Shown piece after piece: positions 39,994 to 51,900 of a stretch of 64,000 bases of DNA. Under the pieces are notes generated by a model. That model was not told where the DNA came from, did not search any database, and saw only the letters and a list, made by a program, of their open reading frames with translations. Both the position numbers and the translations under genes were made by a program. Position 1 is the first letter of the stretch. Each line of letters starts with the position of its first letter. Origin of the DNA: Octopus bimaculoides. Taxonomy: Eukaryota. Where the stretch lies: positions 93,058,102-93,122,101 of the forward strand of contig NC_068985.1 in assembly GCF_001194135.2 (NCBI RefSeq), in the 5' to 3' direction.

Positions 39994-42900
39994 TCGATGC
40001 CAGCTCCTCTAGCCCCTGTGTCGGTGGCATGTAAAAATCACCCACTACACTCTAGGAGTGGTTGGCATTAGGAAGGGCATCCAGCTGTAGAAACACTGCC
40101 AGATCAGATTGGGGCCTAGTGCAGCCTCCTGGCTTCCCAGACCCCAGTCGAACCATCCAGCCCATGCCAGTATGGAAAATGGGTGTTAAACGATGATGAT
40201 GTAGCCTACTTTAACATCGCTGCACTTCATTCTCAGGTGCTCATAGTAGAGTAGACACTGTTGCCAGTATTCAAGTCAGGTCCTTAGTCTGAGAATGACT
40301 TACTTAACCCCTACCGGTATTCGAGACCCTAAAAAAGTCATGGACACTATACTTATTCTAAGTTCTGTGGACAAAAACTATCTACAAGTGGAAGTGAAGT
40401 TTACTTCAGTTCTACAAGCTACTGAAACATTTTACTAGTGGTTCAAGTACTGGTAGTCTATACTATGGCAAATTGTTCCTACTTTTGCGAGGTTTATTGT
40501 TGATCTGCTCAATTGGCTTTTTGCATATACACACACACACACACACTTACTACTTGTTTTGCTTTCTGGACAGCACAGAAACTCATTTGTATGTATAAAC
40601 ATTTATAGCAGAATTGCACAGAAATATGTCCACTTCCACTCACACACCTGTATCCTTTCCTTGTGTTATACGCATCGATTAACATATACATGTGTGAGTG
40701 TATATCATATAAAAAGGTTCCATTCACCTAGACATCCTCCTCCCACCCCGCCATGCCATAATTATGTGGGTAAGATTCGTTTTCGTAAATTAGGGGATTT
40801 GCATATTGATGGAGCATTTGTTTTTACAGCTAACCACTCACTGATTTGTGAGCCAGACAGACTGAGACAGGCAGAATTTCGTGTCTTGCCCAGAGGCACA
40901 GCACAATGACTCTTATAGTAAGTTTCAGTAATCAAACTCTTTAGCATCATCACAGCTATTGTGCCTGAATACGAGTATGTTATAAATTAGATTAGCTCTG
41001 CAGTTAGTTCTGGTCACATCCCGTTGCATACGGTCACTAATTGTTTTACTGAGTTCCCGTTGTACAATGTAAAGTATGAAGTAACTGCTAAGATTTAAAT
41101 CTAAATGATATCAGGCACTGTTAGTAAGTACCAATTTAAATATGGCAAAGAGAAACACACCCACTGACAGGATGAAGAGATGCAATTATACACATGCGCA
41201 CTATTGTGTATTTGGTTGAAACAGTCACCTGGCAAGCAGTGGATGTATAGTTCAACTTCTGTCAGTGGGCCTGTTGCTCTTCCATGTCTTAAATTCATAC
41301 TTAACAACGTGTTACATTCCACAATTTAACATAAGCTGAGAAAATGCAAGAAATGGACTTTTCTTTCTCGTATATTCTGTTTCTCTATCTTCAAAGTTTT
41401 AATTCTTTCTATATTTTTCAAGCTCCCATAATCTCACAAAACATGTTCTTTCAGTGTACCACTTATGTTATTCTCCTGGGTTTTTTTTTCCTATTCACCA
41501 TATGCATCCACATCACAAACCACTTCAGTTTCTTTCAACCAACTAAAATTGCCACAATTGTCTTGTCCTTTTCAACCTATTATCCACTCCACTCTCTTAC
41601 CATTTTTTTTTCCCATGGAAACTCTTTTTCTTATATATATATATGCTTATTATTATTTTTTTTCTAATTAACTATTTTAGTTTCCCTATTAAGTGCTTTC
41701 TAAATTTTCATTTTGTTGTATATTATCTTGGAAACAGGCAATCACTATTACACTCTGAACTTTAAACTTAATCATTATTATTATTATAGTGGATTAGTAG
41801 AATTTGTATGGGGAAATGCTTTGTGGTATTTAGTTATGTCTCTTTCATATTTTTAGTTCAACTCCACCTTTCACCCTTCTGGTGGTTGATAAATTAAGTG
41901 CTAATTATTGTTGCTTAGCCCCAGGTGAGCTATTATGAAGCAAACCTGTGACCAAAACGTTTGGTAACTATGACCATCCTGCCTTTTTCTTACTTACGTA
42001 TGGTCTATCTTATAACACATTATTTCAGTGTGTTCTTTTTCATAACAATGTGGTTTTCTTGAGATTTAGTTGCTATTTCTAGCAGGTTGAGCGACTATGT
42101 AGAGACCCTGTCATTGGTTGATATTCTGACTAGTAATGTTTACCTCGTATGTATTGCAATTGGTAAAACCCATTGGTTAATTAAATAGTCTTGTTGATTT
42201 AATTGACCTTTCACAAATATTTCTGCCAATCATAGAAATTAACATAGAAATTAATTTTGTAATGTCCCTCTCATCAGTTATCTCTATGGCAAATAAAGGG
42301 AATGATTATTATTATTGTTGTTGTTGTTGTTGTTATGATGGTGGCGCTCTGGCAGAATCATTAGAGCAGCAGAAAATGCTTTGCTAGTTCCAGCTTCTTG
42401 AGTTCAAATCCCACCAAGACTGACCTTGCTTTTCATCCTTCTGGAGTCAACAATATATAATGACGGTCAAGTCCTGGAGTCAATGGTTTCCCTTAATCTC
42501 TATTCTAAAAGCTATTGCCCTTGTGCCTAAATCAGAAACATTTAGGGTGGTAATAAGCTGATAGGTTTGTTACATGTAAAAAAAAAAATGCCTTGTGGAA
42601 TTTCTTTCGTTTTTTTTTTTTTTCTTTTTGTTTGTTTTGTTTTTACTCCAAATTTTGGCAAGGTCATCTTTGCCCTTCAACGGTCTAAGGTCAATGAAGT
42701 AAAGTACCAGTCATATACTAAGATTGATGATATTGACTAATACCTCTCCTCGCTAAAATTGCTAATAGAATCATTTGAGCATCAGACAAAATACCTGACA
42801 TTAGTTACAGCTCTATATTTTCTAAGTTTTATCCATTCCAAGGTCAACTCTACTTTTCATCTTTTAGAGTTTGATAAACTAAAGTACCAATCAAGTACTG

Positions 42901-45900
42901 GACTCCTTGTTTATCAACCAATCTTCACTCCTCAAAATTGCTTGCCTTATGTTTAAATCAGAAACAATTATTATGGGGAGCAGGAAGAATCATGACAGCA
43001 TCAGAAAAAAATTCTTTGCAGTCCTTTTTCCCATTCTTTACATTCTGCGTTAAATCCTCTCTTCTTTTATTCTTCTAATGGTGTCAGTCGTAGGATTGTG
43101 GCCATTCTGTAGCACTGCCTTAATTCATTTCCTATCAGTTATGTTGTCACTTTATGGCTGGAAGTTGGTCTATGATTGAGCTTGTAGCAGCAGATCTCTG
43201 ATTGTATCCTTGAATGGTTGGCTGGTCTGGTATTGTCATTAGGAGTTTATCCAGCTCAGCTTTGTCTTTCATCCTTTAGAGGACATTAAAGTATCAGTCA
43301 AGCACTTGGGTCAATAGTACCAAGTATCACCATCCCCTCAAAATTATTATTATTGTAAGGGAATATCATTCTCTAGTTTATAAAAAAAGTAGCCTTCAAG
43401 AAATAACTGAGCTTTACCAGATGCTCTGTAGTGTCTGAATTCACTAAAAAGATACAATACCAGTAAGATGTTAAGGCTGATTTCATTGCAGCTATTATGC
43501 AAATATTGGTTGTATGTGTAACCAAATCCTCACTCTTCTTTCGTTTTTATTTAATAAGAACACTATCTTGTTATATGATCTGAAAATAGGATCAACTAAA
43601 TGGCTTTTCAGTACCATAAATCCTATGAAGCCTGTTATCTCTTTTAATGACTCAAAGAATTTAAGCTGGTTCAGATTAGAAATGCTTGAATGTTCTTATT
43701 TTCAATCACTGCCTATTTCCAAGTAACCTAGAGTTTATTTAGTTGATCAATTTGCTTGTCAATATTGTTCAGTCAATATCTAACTTTAGTCAACATTATT
43801 TCTCACTGTCATTCTTTATTTCTTCCAGAAAATAAGAAAAGTCTTTTATTCATGTGCATGTGTCTCAAATTATTTGTTTTGAGTTAGTTGACGTATTTTT
43901 GTGTTATGTTGAATTGACTAATTATATATATATTTGTTTTTACACAGCTTCTCATTTTCTTAACCAAATGTTATCTACCAAGTTATAACATTAACTTTTC
44001 CAAAAAGTATTTCATAAAAGATTGAAGTTCTTATTTTAAGGACACATCCACAATGTACTTGTGGAGAGAAAATGCTTTAACAGTATCCATTGTAATTTCA
44101 CATTCTTTTTTTTTTTTTAAATATTTAGTGTTTATTTTACTTTATTATTTAGGTCAAAATCTCACTGATACATGTAACTGAACGTATTAGAAATATAGAC
44201 AATACACACTTTGAGAACCAATCCTTAAGCTCTCACCATTTATTGTTTCTGTTTGTCAAAATGTTATCACAATAATTATATTTTTAATGGAAAAATTAAT
44301 CACCCATATAATGGCATCTTATATTTTTCACCTTAACAAACTGCTTAAATGTGGAGATTTTTTTTAATTTTTACTTTTAATTTTTAGTAGAAAAGTGGAA
44401 CATAATATTAATCGTAAGTTCTCGCCATCTTCAACTAAATACCACCAAATAAAGATGAGTTATTCTGTCTTTATTGTAGCTGCTGTGAAATTACCTTTAG
44501 ATTCTTTGTACATATTTGCATTCTCACATATCTATTACAGTCTTCCAGTCTTGTAATTTTCAGAATAAAGTCTATTCTAATACGAGTTATTTTCTTAAAA
44601 TGGAAAATTTCTCTTACCTGTTTTTCTTGCAAATTAATGATTCAATGATATTTTGTTTTTTTTTTGTCTTTTAGAAATGCTATAAAATAGTTGCTTTTAG
44701 TTAAGCTTTTCTCTTTGTCTGAATAACTCCGATTAGAAATTTATTTAAACCCAATGAGTAATACATACATGTTCTTACATAAAGAGAAAGAGCATAGAAC
44801 TAGAATTATGTTTTGTATAATGTAAACAATATTAAATATATTCTGTGATTACTATTTATTGAAATGCTCGAAATTTTTGAAATCATTATATATTACCATT
44901 AAGAAATTGGTCTTTTCACAGACGGTAGCGATACAACAAGCCATACGAATACATTTGAGCTTTTTGGCTCAACGAAAGAAAGTCATCTTTATCCCATGTC
45001 TCCATCAGAGGATGCTCGAAGCTATGACACATATGATAAAAGTTTAGATGAATTTTCTGATGAATGCAGTAAAAACTATGAGGTATGTAGACAATTAAAA
45101 TTAACATAAAATCTCTGTTCAAATTTTTAAGAGGAATTATTTTCTTCTCCAATTCTTTGAATCTTTTGCACTTCAAAATCTAATTCAGTGATCTGGTATT
45201 ATTTATTCTGAACGTTTCTTTCTGAAATCAAGTGGTTATTTAATTTTTACCTTCTACAACAACATAAGCTAATTTTTGACATAATGACAAATGTTAAATT
45301 TAGGTCAATGGCCTTGTGGAATTCTTGTCAATGATCATGACAGATAAATAATGTTAGGTTAGTTATTCTGGGTGATAGATTGACAAATGTTAAAGTTTAG
45401 CCTCTTACATTGATGGATGCTATATATTTTGTCTCTGTATCATCCGTAGACATTTGCTGTTAAATACATTTTAGCAAGGGTTTTTTTTTCTTTTTCCTTA
45501 ATCAATGCTCTAACCAATAAGTCATACTAAAATACTCTTGGACAGCAGAATAAAATTATTCTTTTATATATTTTTTTTACTAAAACTCTGCTACTACATT
45601 TTGCTACATACTAAGATTATTTAGATTATCCAACTTTTAAGCTATTTCAGTTATGTTGTCAGAAGGCAAATCACTAAAGATGTTAAAATCCTATTATTAT
45701 ATTCAAATTTTTTTTTGTTTTTTAATATTTTCTGGAGACAGCCATATAACTTCATTTATACTTATATGCATTAGAAATGATGGCATTTTATGTATGCATG
45801 GATGTGCTTTTTTCTTCACTTGAATGATTTTCTTTTCTATCACGTAATATGCAACCTTGTGAGTTCCATTGTAGAACGTGCGTGTATATGTAAAAGAAAG

Positions 45901-48900
45901 TTTTTACTGGCTTAAATTTTTTTTAAGTATGAGTAAATATGCTGAAATCTTCACTTTTCTACAGTAAAATTGTATCACAATGGGTCTATCTTTACTTGTA
46001 ACCATTACTTGTATGTAGTAACAATAGATGTCAAATATAGAAATAGGATGGTTGACATAAAGGTTAAAAAAAATATGGCAAAAAATATTTTGTTGTCGCC
46101 TTTTCTGATTCTCTTAGAGGCATTAAAATTTTAAAATCAATTCTTTGTGTGTATTTGTATGTGATGGTTATGAATAATATTAATTTAAAAACAGATTCCC
46201 ATTTAAAATCATTAAAGTGCTATGAAATAGTGTCCAGCTATTTTCTTTTGCTGATTTTGAAATCTGTAAAAAAAAAAATTACAATATGAAACCACATGAG
46301 AAATAACCCTTGAAACTTGGAAAGCTGTGACTTTTAGATATGCTGTCTGCTTTTCTACTCAAGAAGTGTTGTTGGAGACAGAAACTGAATAATCTTAATT
46401 TGTAATTGTAATACCATGATTTAGAATTTGATTATTGAAATACTATCATACTTGGCCATATATATAGTACAGTGTCTGACAAATATGGTTCATAATAACA
46501 TTTCTTGTTTTTACATTATTTACATTTGACAGATATTTGTCCTCATCTTGTTTGTTGTTAACGCAACGTTTTGGCTGATATATCCTCCGGCATATAGCAT
46601 GGTGGTTAAGAGCACGGGCTACTAACCCCAAGATTCTGAGTCCAATCCCAGGCAGTGACCTGAATAATAATAATAATAATGATGAAAAATACCTTGAGAA
46701 TGAGAACCCAGGTTCGAAATTTTCCCAAGACACCTGATGAAGGCTGGAGGGTGTATCAACCGAAACATTGTGTTAACAACGAAAAAGATGAGGACAAATA
46801 TCTGTCAAATGTAAATAATGTAAATAATGTACATAATTCCTCATCTCTTAAATATAGAACTGTATTTCTTGTTTTTATTAAATTTTTTTTTGTTTTTTTT
46901 TTTAAAGAAGCAAATTAGAATTATGTCTCTTTTAGTTTTTGCCATTTCAGGATGAAGATATGAAGCGGGTTTTTTTACCTCCTCATGATTATTCTGATAG
47001 ACCATATACACCATGTAAACAAGATTCACCTCATGTAGAACCTAAAAGAATATATATGGACTCACCAAATCGGCAAATTGCATATTTAGATGATTCAGAC
47101 ACAAGATTACCAAATGAAGGTGAGTAAAAGGAAACTTTATCTCTCTCTCCAATTCCATTGACTAAAGAATTATTTTTGATCAACAAAGAATTAATTTTAT
47201 TACAAAACACTATCTGTCCTTCTCAAAATGTGCAGATTTAAGACAGCTTGTATTTTATTTAAGAATTTATCTAAGCAATATTTTTATAAAACTTGCAGAT
47301 AGCAGATGTTAAACCAATAGACAATTCCCAATTTTGACCTGTAGAAATGGAATATTCAATATGAGTCTGTTGTTTGATCTTACTGATCAAATGGCATAAT
47401 GACTACTCCTGGCATTCACTGAGATGGGGAAAGGAACAGATAGCCTTAGTTAAATGGCTGAAAATGTCTCAGGCAAATTGGACTTCATTGGAAAGGGAAC
47501 TTCCAGAGTAGATGAAGGCATTTGTGTTCTTTAACTTTCATTATCATATGTAATAAAATACATGTTCCTTAAATTAATTTTGAAAATAATCAAAATTTGT
47601 TGTCAATTTAGTAAGATAACTAAATGTTTGTTAATCTGATGTAACAAATTTAACCAAAGGTTCTAAGATAAAATTATGATGGAAGTCTATAATTTATATA
47701 TAAAATGGATGATTTTACATTACAGAACTAGAAACGATCTCAGGCTTTTTGGCACCAAAATGGTTAATTGTTTGGTTATTATCAATATGAATTATAAGTA
47801 AAGATTATTTGACAACATAGCATGGCAGTCTTGGTTTAGGACTGCCATGTTATGATGGCAAATAATCTTTACTCCAAAAGAATTTTTGCTGAATATCTCT
47901 CTTTGTGAGATTTACAAACAGTAATTTTCTAATGAATTATAAGGTTGAATAATCATTGGATTGACATGTCTTCAGTATTTTCAATATTAATGATGTTCCT
48001 GAAGAAACAATCAAGATGATGTTTGTAAAGAATTCTTCACTAAGATCCAAAAGTCTGTTCATGATCAAGTTAGCTTCTTCCATTTTATAACATTGTTTAT
48101 GCTAGAAATTGTACATTATTTACATTTGACAGATATTTGTCCTCATCTTATTTGTTGTTCACACAATGTTTCGGCTGATATACCCTCCAGCCTTCATCAG
48201 GTGTCTTGCAGAAATTTCAAACCGCGGTTCTCATTCCTAAAGTATTTTTTGTTGATATTATTATTCAGGTCACTGCTTGGAATCGAACTCGGAATCTTGG
48301 GGTTAGTAGCCCAAGCTCTTAACCACTATGCCATGTGCCCATATTATAATTCATGTTGATAATAATCAATCAATCAATTAACCATTTTGGTACCAAAAAG
48401 CCTGAGATCATTTCTATTTCTATTATGTACCATTTTATATTTAAATCATAGACTTCCATCATAAAAAAAAAACCTTAGGAATGAGAACCCAGGTTCAAAA
48501 TTTCCACAAGACACCTGATGAAGGCTGGAGGATATTTCAGCTGAAATCTTGTATTAACAACAAACAAGATGAGGACAAATATCTGTCAAATGTAAATAAT
48601 TCCTCATCTCTTAAATATAGAATTGTATGCTAGAAATTGTTTCAAATTTCATTCATCACGTATAGATTGAAGATAATACTCATTAAAATCTTAATTTTGT
48701 TCAAACAGAAGTCTAAAAACATCTTTACTATTGGGCTATCAGATATTTTTCCTTTTTATATTTCACTTGGCATTCCATCATTATAGATAATATTTATTTA
48801 GATTTCAAAAATGATGAACTAAAGTTGTAGAAGAATAGAGCTACAAAAGCATCCATAAAATAATCCAATAAAAATTTTTTAGTGTTAATTCAAATAACAT

Positions 48901-51900
48901 TGGAAGGGATTAAAATAAATGAGAGAAAAATGAACAAATTTATCTAAAAACCCAATATTTAGGAGCTTGGCTAATATGCAGTGACATATTCTACATTTTG
49001 AGAAATCATGATGTGTAATTTTCAGATTGAGAAATATATCATTGAGAAGTCTTAAAACATGTGTGGATTTTTTTTTACCCTCCATTGATATAATGCAATG
49101 TTTGACAGAAAGAGCAGCAATATTGAAAAATTGCAAACAGGACTCATCATTTGTGTGCAATATGACTGACTTAATATAAAGGATATTTAGAAATCAAATG
49201 AAATGTATATTTTTTTAGCGCTACAGCAGAAACTGTGGTTGGACATTAAGTGCTTAGTAAGCTGACCCCTGTCCAGAGGGTGGTAGGGTTTGGTCCTTAA
49301 TGAAGCAAATAGTTCTTCAAAAAAGTTTTAGGATAGTGTCACATTATTTACATTTGACTGATATTTGTCCTCATCTTGTTTGTTGTTAACACATTTCAGC
49401 TGATATACCCTCCAGCCTTCATCAGGTGTTTTGGGAAAATTTCGAACCTGGGTTCTCATTCCTAAGGTATTTTTTGGTGTTATTATTATTATTGTTATTA
49501 TTCAGGTCACTGCCTGAAATTGAACTCGTGGGCATATGGCATAGTGGTTAAGAGCGTGAGCTACTAACCCCAAGATTCCGAGTTCAATTCCAGGCTGTGA
49601 CCTGAATAATAATAATAATAACATCAAAAAATACCTTAGGAATGAGAACCCAGGTTCAAAATTTCCCCAAGACACCTGATGAAGGCTGGAGGGTATATCA
49701 GCCAAAATGATGTGTTAACAACAAACAAGATGAGGACAAATATCCGTCAAATGTAAATAATGTACATAATTCTTCCTCTCTTAAATATAGAACTGTAGTG
49801 TCACAACTTACAAATTTGAGGGATGGAATTGTTTGAAATTGAAGTATTATTAAATGTTACTTTAAAAAAATAATAATACTCTTGTTTTTGTTCTGCTCTC
49901 ATATACTTTCTCATTATCTAGTTTAAAGTAGGTCTCCATTTATGTTATAAATGTTGACTGGAATTTTAAATTTTACATATCTTTATGACTATTCAATTTT
50001 CTCTGATAGATTTATATATGACACCTAAAAAAAAGACAGAAACCTTTGAGCCTAATCATTATGGGGTTATTCGAGGCAAGACGCCACCAGGAAATATATA
50101 TGAAGATACAAATTGGTCTCGTCAAGAACAAAATAGTCGAATGCGAGTAAGTAATGGACTGTACAGGGGACCTTTTTCTTCTTTCAGCACCTTATTCTAA
50201 GATTATTGTTTTGTTTTTTGGGGGGTTTTTTTCCCAGATATTCATTCACTTTTTATGATTTCTTTTCATTTACTTTGACTATGAGTTTTAAAGCTACTGT
50301 GAAAGTGATAATCCTTGTGAAATATAGCGCTGCGTTTTACTGATTAATAATATATAATTATTGAATTGTAATTAAGTGTAGCTAGCTCCAAGATCTATAA
50401 CTGCCGAAAAGAAATAGTTGTATCTGCTAGAATAAAAGTTTTCTAATGTAATTTTATTACTGCTAGGTGAAATATTTTAACTGTTGTCTTTTGTGGTTTA
50501 GTACCATTTTATTACTCTGGAATATAGTCTGCTTACAAAATTTACTTTTTTATTCCAAACTTCACTTTGCTTGAATAGTTTTAGGAATCTGTTTTCTTAA
50601 TGAAATTTTAATTAGATTAAGTAATATAAGAATAAAAATAGTTGTCATTTAAATTTGAAATACAACATGATTTATAGAATACACAAACTTGAAGATGGTG
50701 TAGTTTGTTTCATTAACCTTTTTAAGTTGTTTGAAATTGATATTATTTTTCTGATATAGTCTTGTTAAAATTCTTCACTTTTAATGACTTCTGAAAACGA
50801 AAAGGATAAAAATGAGTTTCTTATACTTTTGAAGTATGGAAATGAGCCACACTATATTAGAAATGTAAATTTATATAAAAAGAATTTTTTTAAAGAATAA
50901 CCTAACGACCACTTTCATGTCAATTCCAAACACAATTTCAATTATCTATATATGAATAGTGATTTTCATTCCCCACTTTTTTTGTTTTATAAGAGCATTT
51001 TTAATTTCTTAATTGGCGACAATATCTTAACTTCTAATTTTGCTTTTTATTTTTTCTTTCTTTGTCAGGAAAATTTAATTATAATGTTGGTATTTCTGAT
51101 GGCTCATTTTCTTTCTTTCCTATGTAGTAAATGGCAGTTGTACCAGTCATTACAGCAATACATTAATTTCTATTGTTCTGTCAGTGTTGTGCCTTTACAC
51201 GTGTTTTATAAAACTCTTTCACTGAAAGGTTCTTTTTTAAGCTTCAATAGTAATTTTTAAATAACAATTAAATTTCTTAAATATATCCTAATTATACTCA
51301 AAAAGTTAGTAGGAGACCTAAGGGTAAGATAGTTATTTAGAACGAGAGCTATTTTGCAGATGGTGCTTGACATAAGCTTCTAAATTCATCTTTCCATTCA
51401 TATTAAATTGTTTCTTTTTTGGTGGTGGCGGGGTTTCACATTTAAAAGCCAGTTATAGTCTTTAATGAAGAAATAGTTGAAGCATAGAGCAAAATATTTA
51501 TTTTTATACAAATTACCTATAAAGTTGTAGTGAAGTAAAATAATATCCGTTGTGTTAAAATTGCTTTGCTATGAATATACAGTATTTTTTTTTATTCTTA
51601 TAAGAAAAGGATCTTGGTAGTTGGTGTCTGCATTAACATTAGAGATCCCAGCATTTGCATTTCTGTCAACAGATCTGCAAGATTATGTTCCTACTTTAAC
51701 TTTGGTTAAGTAGAAATAAAGTATCAATCATTTGTGCCTTACATTACTTTATTTTCTTCCTTCATTTATCATTTTACTGTTTAATAGGAGAGTATTGTAG
51801 TTCGCTTGAAGCATTGTGTATTGTTTGTAAAGAATAAAAAAATTTGAATGGTACAACAATGCACTATAATACAAAAACTGGACTATATACCTGTTGTAAT

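Noticed and set aside
40797-40804. Octamer motif ATTTGCAT
   Set aside because: A single 8-mer in AT-rich DNA is expected by chance, with no supporting context.
49530-49602. tRNA-like sequence with an ACT anticodon loop (also at 46589 and 48270-48340)
   Set aside because: The acceptor stem does not close, there is no long variable arm as expected for tRNA-Ser, and it continues into the SINE body. It is a SINE head, not a tRNA gene.
46446-49705. Similar-looking ORFs 46446..46733, 46679..46918, 48093..48359 and 49502..49705
   Set aside because: Their mutual similarity comes from the repeated SINE copies. They are not a paralogous gene family.
46500-49805. Regularly recurring repeats that might suggest a CRISPR-like or satellite array
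   Set aside because: Eukaryotic intron, irregular spacing, inverted orientation and individual TSDs. These are separate retro-insertions.
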